The position numbers were made by a program, and so were the translations under genes. Shown one piece after another: positions 24,201-34,399 of a stretch of 64,000 bases of DNA. The notes beneath the pieces were generated by a model. It was not told the origin of the DNA. It saw nothing but the letters and a program-made list of their open reading frames with translations, and searched no databases. The stretch comes from Phaeosaccion multiseriatum. Its lineage: Eukaryota; Protista; Ochrophyta, other classes. The stretch's first letter is position 1. Each line of letters starts with the position of its first letter. The stretch covers positions 1,922,001 through 1,986,000 of the forward strand of contig OZ218961.1 in the NCBI GenBank assembly GCA_965112735.1. Direction: 5' to 3'.

Positions 24201-26565
24201 GGAGGAGGAAGAAGGGAGGAGGGGGAGGAGGGGGAGAAACAGACAGCACAGCTACTCTGCGCGTGTGCTCGCGCTTGTCCCTCCCTCCTCCCTCCCTCCC
24301 TCCCTCCCTCCCTCCCTCCCCACCTCCCTCCCTCCCTCCCTCCCCACCTCCCTCCCTCCCTCCCTCCCTCCCTCCCTCCCTCCCCACCTCCCTCCCTCCC
24401 TCCCTCCCTCCCTCCTCTCCCCCTCCCTCCTCCCTCCCTCCCTTTTCTCCCCCTCCTCCCTCCCCTCCCTCCCTCCCTTTTTCTTCCCTCCCTCCCTTCC
24501 CTTCTTCCTCTTCCTCCCTGCCTCCTCTCTCTCCCTCCTCCCCAATACCCACCAACACATGCCCAATAATGCCCAATAATGCCCAATAATTGACCCCCAC
24601 CCCCAACCAGGTGGAGATTGAGCACCAGTGCCTGAGTGGTGAGAATGCGTTACACTTTGCTGTGCAGAACAGACACGGAGCTGTGGCAGAGATCCTCCTT
24701 GACGCGCTGCCCAGCCTCGTTAATGTCACCGATGAAGAGGGCGGCAGGTGGGAGAGAGGGGGGAGTGGAGGGGTGGGGGGAAATTCATTTAACTTACAGA
24801 AATCAACATAAGAATTACGTATGTGTGTGTGTGTGTGTGAGGGGTGGGGGGTGGGAGAGAGGAAGGGTTGAGAGAGAGTGCTTAGGGAGTGTGAGTCCTC
24901 AGTCCTCACTCAGTCAGTCAGTCAGTCAGTCAGTCAGTCAGTCACTACCTTGGTACCACTCGTTCTCTCTTCTCATCCGCTTTCTCTCTTGCTTTTTCTT
25001 CCCCCCCTTCCTTCTTCCATTCGCAGAGCAATTCATATGGCAGTGAAAAACGGCCACAAGGAGATGGTGCTGATGCTCTTAGATTGGGATGTCGACCTCA
25101 ACACCCCCAATCACAAACACTTCACCCCATTGATGACCGCTTGCGATAGGCAGGTAAGTCAGTGAGGATTTCCTGCCCTCGTTTTGGCAAGGAGGAGGAG
25201 GAGGAGGAGGAGGGGAGGAGGGAGGGAGAGAAGGAGGAGGGGAGGAGGGGGAAGGGAGGGAGGCACGAAAGCACTATTATCCCATATGCCTATACCCTCC
25301 TACTACCTTCATACGCTGCTGCTTGCGTGTTTGTTTGCTTGCTTGCTTGCTTACCTCCCGTTCTTGTTCCAATGTCTCTGCCCAACCCCACCCTCCGCAC
25401 CTACAAACTCGCAGTGCAACAACCTGTCTGTCATTTAGTTTCAGTGTTTCAGTTTATATAGAACCCTGGCTAAGAGGTGTAGAAGTACACTGCCATCTAC
25501 TGCCATCTCATCCCATGCCCGCGCTCTCGTTGCCGTTGCTGCCCAAATGCCAAACTGTTTTCACACATGACACTCATCATACGATAACAACACATTGACA
25601 CAATACGTGAATCATATAATGATTCACTATCGATAAAATTTATCGACGTCGACAACACCATACGATTCTATCATGATATCGACAGGACTGGGAGATGGCC
25701 TCTCTCCTGCTGGACGTTGGCGCCTCCAAAGACGAGGAGGCCTTCAAGCTTCTAAAGGGTGACTCCGAAACAAAGATACGCGCCAAGCTGAGGAGGATGG
25801 AGCTCGAGGAGCTACGCAAACTGCAAGAGCTGGTGAGGACGGAGATGATTTAGAGGCATACATGGGGTGTGGTTGAGTGAGGAAGTGATTTGGAGGCATA
25901 TGGGGTGAGGGGAGGCGATGGAGGGAGGTAAGGACGGAGGGAGGGACGGAGGGAAGAGACGGGCGAGAGAGAGAGAGTGGTATCAAGCTAGTCTCCTTCC
26001 TCTTCCCCTCCCTCCCTCGGGCCGCTCTAATCTATGCACCATCCTCAACTTCGCGACCCCCCTCCTCTCCCCTCCCGTGCAGAAAAACTCATCCAATGAG
26101 GCTGATCGTCTTCGAGCAGAGAAAGCGTACGGGGCATGGGTACCCTACCTCGACAAGTTTGGTAGAGGCATCTTTTACTATAACAAGGTTAGTGAAGCAA
26201 GGGGAAGGAGGGAGAGAGAGAGGGAGGGAGGGGGGGGGAGGGAGGGAGGGGGGGCTTTAGGGGGGGGGAGTACTCGTGTGTGGTGTTCGTTTTGGGGGGG
26301 GGGAGGAGGGCGTGGGATCCAAGAGGAGAAGGTATGACATTCAATAGCATGATGGGGCGCTGTGTCGCCCATATGCTTACGGCATTCCCCGTGTGCTTGT
26401 ACTGACCCACATGCTTATGCTTCCTCATATGCTTGTGCTTACCCATATGCCTGTATGCTTACCTAGGTGAGCCGACTTAGCCAGTGGGAGGTTCCTGCGG
26501 ACTATCACATGAACAAGAGCCACATCATGAAACCGGCCACCTTCGGAATGCACTTTTATCACTGA
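21283..26565 (+). CDS. Ankyrin-repeat protein with C-terminal WW domain and likely N-myristoylation; ~12 exons
   Basis: Starts MGGAVS. Ankyrin motifs GDSLLHVVCR|EG, SCLHYAAIRG, GENALHFAVQNRH, AIHMAVKNGH and FTPLMTAC. The WW domain is split by an intron: GAWVPYLDKFGRGIFYYNK|VSRLSQWEVP. TGA at 26563-26565. Confidence 0.9.
23325..23660. repeat. AT-rich degenerate minisatellite (GCAGTATATAGACCCAGTA-type units) in an ankyrin-gene intron
   Basis: Repeated tagacccagta / gcagtatata units. Confidence 0.85.
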
Positions 26566-26689
26566 TGGAGTCATATGGAGCACTCGGAAGGCAATGAAGG
26601 CCCTGATGGACCACCGCTGGACATAGATGGACGAGCGTCGAGCGTCATAACGTCATAACCCTTGTGCGAGAATCTGATTGATGGAGTCG

Positions 26690-26966
26690 AGCACTGAGCA
26701 CTGACGGGAGGAGTCTCATCACTGAGTGCAGCACTGAATGGAGCGCTGAGTGGAGCACTGAATGGAGCGCTGAGTGGAGCACTGAATGGAGCACTGAATG
26801 GAGCACTGAGTGGAGCACTGAATTGAGCACTGAATGGAGCACTGAATGGAGCACTGAATGGAGCACTGAGTGAAGCGCGATGCTCTGTACCACGGATGGA
26901 CCCGTGATGGGCCACGGAATGGGTGTGATGGGCCACGGAATGGGTGTGATGGGCCACGGAATGGGT
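26690..26966. repeat. Tandem 12-mer (GAGCACTGAATG)n followed by a 21-mer (GTGATGGGCCACGGAATGGGT)x3
   Basis: Directly visible arrays downstream of the ankyrin-WW stop codon. Confidence 0.92.
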
Positions 26967-27777
26967 GAGAGGAGGTACGATTGCTCTACTCCTTTTGGGG
27001 CGGAGGAGTGCACCTCTTCCAGTGCATCTCTTCTGCAGAAGCATGAGTGAATTCATCTGCCGATCGTTCTACCACTGATGGCGGAAGGAGACTGTCGCTT
27101 GTACCACAGACTTGTGGATTTGTCTGCGACACGTTGCAGCAACGCTGATGAGTGATGAACTGAGGGGTCGAATGGCACCTGCTTTGATGCTTTTCGTTCG
27201 CTCGATTGGAGACAGCCCCGAGGCAAGTCAACAGTCGGCGACTCGTCGTCCACCCTGCCTCCCACACTGCATTTCATCTCTACTTCACTTCAACTGCAAC
27301 TTGACTTGACTTGACTTGCCCAAGTGTGGGTGGGACAGCCAGCGCACAGGACTGAGGCGCCGAGGAAGGCGAGGGCGGAGAGCGTGTGGAGGTGTTGACG
27401 TTCGACTCCAGGCTACGGTCATGCTTACTGGCATCATCAGCTTCAGCTTCGGCTTCGAGTTCGTGTACTTGCGGTGGATGAGCAGCAGCAGCAGTTGGTG
27501 ATACAAAAACAGCGGCAGCAGGAGGACGGTGCTTGCGATGTTCCACCCGGGGCAGGGAGGGGTGGGGAGGGAAGGCGCTTCCCCTGGCACTGGGGTAGGG
27601 AGGGAGGGAGGGCATCCCCTGCTCAGCAGGCTGGGTTTCAGGCAGTCCTGAGCTGTCTTGGGCGGCCCTGAGGAGCCCTACGGCAGCCGCCACAGCAGGT
27701 GGTGATACAGCAGTCCATAGAAGGGTGGTCTATCAGTCCATCAGTCTAACAAGCGCAAGGAAGGGCGTCTTCCAGCT

Positions 27778-28070
27778 AATAGCAGGGAGGGGACTAAAGC
27801 TCCCCACAGAAAAGAGTCTCCCGACACGGCTCAGGAGGTTCCGCCCACGGAGCTGAGAGAGAGGCCTCGAGGAGGACGTATGAAACACTCCATCCCGCCG
27901 CCGAAAGTCAACAATAGAGAGTGGGGCAATGGCGGACTGCAACAAGGAGAGGGTGGAGGGGGATTAAGGAGGCGGGCGTTCGAGGGCGTGGCGGTAGAGG
28001 CCGAGGTACTCAGGGCCAGAGGAAGAGCACATCAGCTTTTCTTCAAAATCGCTTCTCTCCACTAAAACAA
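27778..28070 (+). repeat. Left arm of the ~300-bp inverted repeat pair flanking AMSH
   Basis: Reverse complement of 31121-31425, e.g. gagtggggcaatggcggactgcaacaaggagagggtggagggg and ccgaggtactcagggccagaggaagagcaca. Confidence 0.85.
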
Positions 28071-28690
28071 AAGGTTCCATTAATCAAAGCAAGGCTACTG
28101 AAAATGGCTTGTCCTTCATCTCTCGAGGGAAGCACGTGTCCCCACGCACCACCGTGTACTGCCATCCCCACAATCCCTGTCCCTGGTTCTCTTCACTATC
28201 CGAGAGAGAGTGCCTTAAGCCCCCCCCCCCCCTGAAGGTGTTTAGGGGAGAGAGCGAAGCGTCATGTGAACACGTGGTACTACAAACTCACCCTACTCCG
28301 ATGCGACTACTACCACTACGCCCCGTCCCGGTCTTGAGAAGCAAAAGCAAGGCCCTGCCCTGCCATCCAAGCGAGGTTAGATAAAAAAAAGGGAAAGAGT
28401 CCCCCCCCCCCCCCCCCGTCGCCTGCTTGCGTCTGCACCACGGCCAGACCGCTCCAAATCCCCTCCCTTCCCTAGAAGTGCGTGCGTGGCTGTCAATGAA
28501 AAAAATTGTGAAGGGCTCACAGGAAAAGAGAACCAACACCTGAGGGGAAAAGGGTCTGATTGTGGAACGTTCCCCCCTCCGCATTGTCATTGCTTCGCGT
28601 TATGTGCAGTTGCCGCGGCTGATGTCCTCTCTCTAGGGGGCGAGAGGACTCGCTTGAGACGGCTCTCTGCTTTAGGGAAAGGGAGCCACC

Positions 28691-29351
28691 ATGGCTTCGG
28701 GAGGCAGAGACGGGCCCACGGTACAAAGCCTACAACGCCATTGTGGAGTCGCTGAGGTGGGCAGCCTCAAGATGGAGAAGTACTTCCAGATAACCAAGCA
28801 GATGCTGGTTCAAACCAAACACTTTGAGGTGGATAACGATACCGAGGTGCGTGCTTCTTGCGTGGTGTACAAGTCGATGTGCTGCCCCTTCCTCCTCCTC
28901 CTCCTCCCCTCTCATCCGCATCCTCCTCTCTCTTTGCCTGTCTGTCTCTATTGTTCACTGCGGCACACTGGTTGGTCTCTCTCTCTCTCTCTCTTGTACC
29001 CGCCTCGCCTCATTGCATCTTCGCGCCCTCCCCAGAACCTCTATATATTCTGCAAGCGCCTCTTAAAGTTAGCCCTCGACCCAAAGGGGCTCCAAAGCCA
29101 CCCCTCGTACAATGAGGCTCGCTTCAAAGCGGATCGTCTGTGGCTTCAGAAGGAGATCCCGCGCGTAATGGACGTGGCATTCGCAGCCAAAAACGCGCTG
29201 AATGAGGCCGACGCACGGGCAAAAGAAGCAGCTGCCGCCCAACAGCGGAGGGCAGCAGCTGCCGCGGGTACTGCCTCCTCCTCGGATGTGCCGAATTATA
29301 TATATGATATTCCCGTCGCTCCTGGACAGGACGTGTCACCATCTTCGTCTT

Positions 29352-29383
<32 letters not shown>

Positions 29384-30691
29384 CATGTACCCGGTTACGT
29401 GCTCGACATGCCGTCCGCACCAGGCACCACTGCAGGAGGACGCACAGCAGACCATCACAGACCACCACAAGGACAAGGAGGAGGGCGAGGTGGACCAGCA
29501 GCAGCAGTTGGTGATTCAGGAGCAGACCCAGCAGCAGCAGGGTCGATGAGAGGACCGCATATGCCTACCGCGCCCTCCGCCCCTCCTCCTCCTCCTCTTC
29601 AGCAGCGGCTCTCCCTGGACCAGGCGATGGACGTGCTGCGAGGAGGAGGAGAGGGGGGCCACCAGGGCAATGTAGATGGCAGCAGACGGGGCTCGGGAGG
29701 AGAGGACCAACTGTACCCGACTGTGCAGAGCCCTGAGCACGTGTTACCTTCGTCTTCGGAGTGGAGCAGCAACAGTAGCATGGGCATGGGCGCCGCAGTG
29801 GGTATGCGCAGGATAGTCATGCCTTCAGGCTTGATTGCGAGCTTTGAGAAGCTTGCCCAGGCCAACACCGACCTGGGCACAGAAGGGATTGAGACGTGTG
29901 GCATTCTCGCGGGCAGGCAGGGCAAAGGGGTGCTGGAGATGACCACCCTCATCATCCCCAAGCAGGAGGGCACTGCCAACACTTGCAGCACCACCGACGA
30001 GGAAGGGCTGTTCAACTACATGTTGGCAAACAGCCTCATCACCATGGGGTGGATACACACACACCCTTCGCAGAGCTGCTTCCTCTCCAGCGTCGATCTC
30101 CACACGCACTGCTCCTATCAGGTAATGGTAATCGGTCAGGTATATATCTATCGCGGTACCGGTGTCCGTCCGTCTGTCTGTCTGTCTGTCTGTCTGGCCT
30201 CTATGTGCGTATGTATCTGTACATCCCCTTTCTTGCTTGTGTATGTGCATGTGCAGTCGTGCCCGTTTCTGCGTGTGAGCCCCCTTTTCCCTTGACGCAG
30301 AGCGAAGCTGAAAGACCCCAATCCTCTTCCTTCTCCTCCTCCTCCTCCTCCTCCTCCTCCTCCTCCTCCTGCGGCTTGCCTTGCGCTACACAACACCACC
30401 CCACTTCCCCCACCTCTCTCTCCATGAACATTTCAATGCTTTCAATATGTTCCATTGAACAACCAACAGCTCATGCTACCCGAGGCCGTGGCGATCGTGG
30501 TGGCCCCTCGTGATCAGAAGAAGCGAGTAGGAGTGTTCCGCCTCACCGAGGGAGACAATAGCGGCCTCAAGCTCATTCAAGCGTGCAAGTTGAAGGGCTT
30601 CCACCAGCACCCGGAGAACATTCAGATATACACGGACGTGCCCGTGGAGTGGGTACAGCAGGGGGCTCTCAAAGTGGTGGACCAGCGATAA
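28691..30691 (+). CDS. STAMBP: AMSH/STAMBP-like JAMM metallo-deubiquitinase
   Basis: N-terminal MIT/USP8-dimer-like helices, ETCGILAG, JAMM motif GWIHTHPSQSCFLSSVDLHTH, and YQ|LMLPEAVAIVVAP...GFHQH. Exons 28691-28846, 29036-30121, 30470-30691. Confidence 0.95.
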
Positions 30692-31120
30692 GCAGCAACA
30701 GCAGCAGCAGCAGCAGGAGGAGGAGGAGGAGGAGGGAGGAGGGAGGGGAGGAGAAGGAGAAGGAGGAGGAGGAGGAGGAGGAGAAGGAGGAGGAGGAGGA
30801 GGAGGAGGAGGAGGAGGAGGAGGAGGAGGAGGAGGAGGGGAGGAGGAGGGGAGGACGAGGAGCAGCAGCAGCAGCAGCAACAGCAAGTGGTTTGGTTGGG
30901 CCGGATGGCAACAGATGAGGTGCGCGGCGTGTGTGTGTGGCCCAGCCATGGGCGACAAAAAACAACCACAGCCCCTACCTTCACCAGTTGAATGCCTTGT
31001 CATTAGTACAGCTTTGCGCTTGTGGGCATCGAGGGGGTGGCAGTGGACGGCGGTGAGTAGGCACAAGTGCCTCCCTGGAGAGGTGAAGGACACACAAGTT
31101 GACGTAACCTTTGATTCAGG

Positions 31121-31425
31121 TTACTTCAGCGGAGAGAAGGGATTTTGAAGAAAGGCCGGTGTGCTCTTCCTCTGGCCCTGAGTACCTCGGTCTCTACCGC
31201 CACGCTAGCCCCTTTCATTCCCCTCCACCCTCTCCTTGTTGCAGTCCGCCATTGCCCCACTCTCTATTGCGGTGACTTTTGGCGGCGGGACGGAGTGTTT
31301 CGTTGGTTCCTCCTCGACGCCTGTTTCTCAGCTCCGGGCGGAACCGAAGCCGTTGTTGCTTGGAGGGATTCTCTTCTCTTGCGAGAGGTGGTCTGGCTGG
31401 GGAGCTTGAATTCCCTCCCGCTAAA
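31121..31425 (-). repeat. Right arm of the inverted repeat pair flanking AMSH
   Basis: Reverse-complement match to 27778-28070 with scattered substitutions and indels. Confidence 0.85.
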
Positions 31426-31766
31426 GACAACAACCAGTTCGACTTCTGGTTTCGGGCGGCACGTGGCAGCTTTGGCATTTGCTCGATTTCGGATTGGGGT
31501 TTGAAGCGGAACTTCGGGGGGGGAGTAGCTACGGCTCTAAGGCGCGCTTGGGGCGAGCTGGGGTCGTTGCTTAGTAGGGGGAGGGTTACTCGCCGACACA
31601 CCTTTGCTTAGCTAGCTAGGGGCGTCTTGTACGCACCCAGCGGGGGCCGGGGCTCTGCCCTCTCTGCCCAGTAGAAAAAGGCTCCCTGTTTGGGGACCTG
31701 CACCAAGCCTGGCCAAGTCACCGGGGGAGAAATGCGCGATGCTCAGAGGCGGCTCTCATCCGTCCG

Positions 31767-32406
31767 GGGCGGCAGCGGTCAGGGGAAGCGGAAGGCTGCT
31801 TACATGGACGAGGAGGAGTGGGTGGCGGACTCTTCAGAGGGTGAGGGATCATATCAGAGCGGAGGGAGGACAAGGGGAGATGTGGGGCACAGGCACCGGA
31901 GGGTCCAGAAAAAGGTGCAGCGAGCCAACAAGGTGAGGGGCGCGGGAAGAAAATCAAGGGAAACAGCAAAGAGGGGGGGGGGCGGCAGCGGTCGGGGGAA
32001 GCGGAAGGCTGCTTACATGGACGACGAGGAGTGGGTGGCGGACTCTTCAGAGGGTGAGGGATCATATCAGAGCGGAGGGGGGACAAGGGGAGATGAGGGG
32101 CACAGGCACCGGAGGGTCCAGAAAAAGGTGCAGCGAGCCAAGAAGGTGAGGGGCGCGGGAAGAGAATCAAGGGAAACAGCAAAGAGGGGGGGGGCATATC
32201 TTTGCTGTTTCCCTTGGTTCTCTTCCCGCGCCCCTCACCTTCTTGGCTCGCTGCACCTTTTTCTGGACCCTCCGGTGCCTGTGCCCCTCCATCTCCCCTT
32301 GTCCCCCCTCCGCTCTGATATGATCCCTCACCCTCTGAAGAGTCCTCCACCCACTCCTCCTCGTCCATGTAAGCAGCCTTCCGCTTCCCCCGACCGCTGC
32401 CGCCCC
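31767..32406. repeat. ~210-bp unit present twice in tandem and once inverted (long fold-back)
   Basis: Direct units at ~31767-31978 and ~31979-32185; inverted copy at 32199-32406; loop at 32186-32198. Confidence 0.93.
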
Positions 32407-32494
32407 ACTGGCTGCGGTGGTGGAGGGGGGAGGGGGGCAAGGGGGTTACTCGCACAGTTCAAGGCTTCAGAGGGGGGGGGCGAGGGGGCGGGAC

Positions 32495-32802
32495 AGAGGC
32501 CGAGGCTCGAGCATGTCGGGGACCTTTAAGGTTTGCCTTCTCTCCTCGTCGTGTGGGACCTTTAAGGTTTGCCTTCTCTCCTCGTCGTGTGGGACCTTTA
32601 AGGTTTGCCTTCTCTCCTCAGAGGCCGAGGCTCGAGCATGTCGGGGACCTTTAAGGTTTGCCTTCTCTCCTCGTCGTGTGGGACCTTTAAGGTTTGCCTT
32701 CTCTCCTCAGAGGCCGAGGCTCGAGCATGTCGGGGACCTTTAAGGTTTGCCTTCTCTCCTCGTCGTGTCCAAGGTTTGCCTTCTCTCCTCGTCGTGTGGG
32801 AC
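32495..32802. repeat. Compound tandem array with core GGGACCTTTAAGGTTTGCCTTCTCTCCTC
   Basis: The core occurs about 6-7 times, alternating with two fixed linkers (GTCGTGT or AGAGGCCGAGGCTCGAGCATGTCG). Confidence 0.92.
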
Positions 32803-33159
32803 ACGCAAGGCCCCCTTCCCGCCGTTGCTTCGCCCGACACTCGGTGAAGCCACACGCGTATGAACTTGCCACCACCCCTGGGGGGTTGCGACCTTCCTAC
32901 GTCGAGAGGCAGCGGCCCTCTCTACTGCCTCATCGAACAGCTTAGTAAGTAAGTAAGTAAGGAAGGAAGGAAGGAAGTAGGGAAGGAAAGGAATTAAGGA
33001 AGTAAGAAAAAATTGTCGCGCATGTATACATCCTCCTTCTCTCGCGGCCTCGGCTTGCCAGTATCGACGTTCGTTGAACACAGAGCCTGGCAGGTTTTGA
33101 CGTCGCCGTCGTCTCGCAGAACGGGTCATCATCTCTATTTTGTACATGGTGTGTAAGCC

Positions 33160-33360
33160 GCAGTCGTTGGAATAGCTATAGCCCCTGCTGGGGGGCTGGG
33201 ACTACCACCTTACGTACAACTACGAAAGAGTCGTCTCCGCTGCTCGTAAACCTGTGCCAGCAACCGTGGAACTCGGTTCCCATCTGGCGTCATGTCAAGG
33301 GCTACAGCGGCAAAAGAGGTAACAAGTGGCCTATCGCTCTAAGCACCGCATGGGGCATTG
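33160..33360 (+). pseudogene. Frameshifted RNase H relic, probably from a non-LTR retroelement
   Basis: One frame gives LLGGWDYHLTYNYERVVSAARK. A shifted frame gives WRHVKGYSGKRGN, and another shift gives VAYR. This resembles the RNase HI C-terminal motif W.HVKGHSG..GNE.AD. Confidence 0.5.
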
Positions 33361-34399
33361 CTCGGAGCAGCAGCCCGGATCTCACACGGTGCAGGCCCTC
33401 AAACACGGAGCCCTCTACAGGGCACAGCCCGTGGGTGCGTACAAGACGCATCGCACAGTCCCAACGCGGAGGGTATGCCCTGGTCAGTGGGTGTGCAGAC
33501 ACGCTCTGCACACGATAGGGGGTTGCGTTGGCCTCTCGTCGATGACAGTCTGCCTCCCGATAGACGCGGAGGAGACGGTCGGGGTAGGCTTCGATTGAAA
33601 GGCCTGTCACCGGTGGACTGGTCTCCTCCCCACTCACAACACTCTCGCTCATTGGTAAATGTGCAGCGTCCGCAGAGCATCATGCTTGTGGATCGCAAAA
33701 AAGAAGCATGGCTAGGCTACCCGGGCCTCCAACGACCGCCGTCCTCCTTAGCTCCTTCAAGTTCGTCCTCCAGCTCAGCCGCGCGACCTCAGGATTGGGA
33801 TCGTCCAGCGCAGAGACGTTCCGAGGCCCCCAACCAGACGATGCGCTCACCTCCACAGGAGCCTTCAGCATCTGAAAGTCCCCCCACAAAACCCTCGCTC
33901 GCTTTGCATACATCCTCATCCCAGGGTCCCTGGGATGAGAGAAGGCGGTCACGGCGGCTGATCGGCATGGACGACATCAACAAGTGCGAGGCGTTTCATC
34001 AATGCGGGAGGCTCCCTAACGAGCAGCGGCGCTGAACCCCTCCCCCGTAAGCTCATAGCCGTGCTTCTCGGCCCAGTACACACGCTCTATGGAGGCCACT
34101 ACATTACCACGGGCTTCTCTCTCATTCTCTCAGGGGCCCTATCTCTCCTCTTCCAGAATGGGAGCGTGGGCACAACTTGGTGGGCAGGGCGGCGGTCGCG
34201 ATCGCCAAGCCAGCTCCAACAGTTGGCGTATCCGGATTCTATGACGCCTACTTCTTCCACGCCTTCATTTCTCCTGATTTTTTCTTTCAGCCTCCACCCC
34301 TACCCCTTGGGTGAAGGTAGGGTGTAGGAGGAGTAGTGGGGAAGGGGCTGGTCCATCGAGTATTTGGTAGTAGAGCGGGATTTCTCTTCATCAGTCGAG

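Noticed and set aside
26571-27693. Minus-strand ORFs with SAPF/SVLH repeats and a 137-aa ORF
   Set aside because: The first are open because of tandem repeats. The second has no motif or convincing splice structure.
31690-32529. 279-aa and 245-aa ORFs as real genes
   Set aside because: They are mirror products of the direct/inverted duplication, with no credible start or domain.
32495-32802. CRISPR-like array
   Set aside because: The 'spacers' are two recurring fixed linkers rather than unique sequences. No cas genes are present and the context is eukaryotic.
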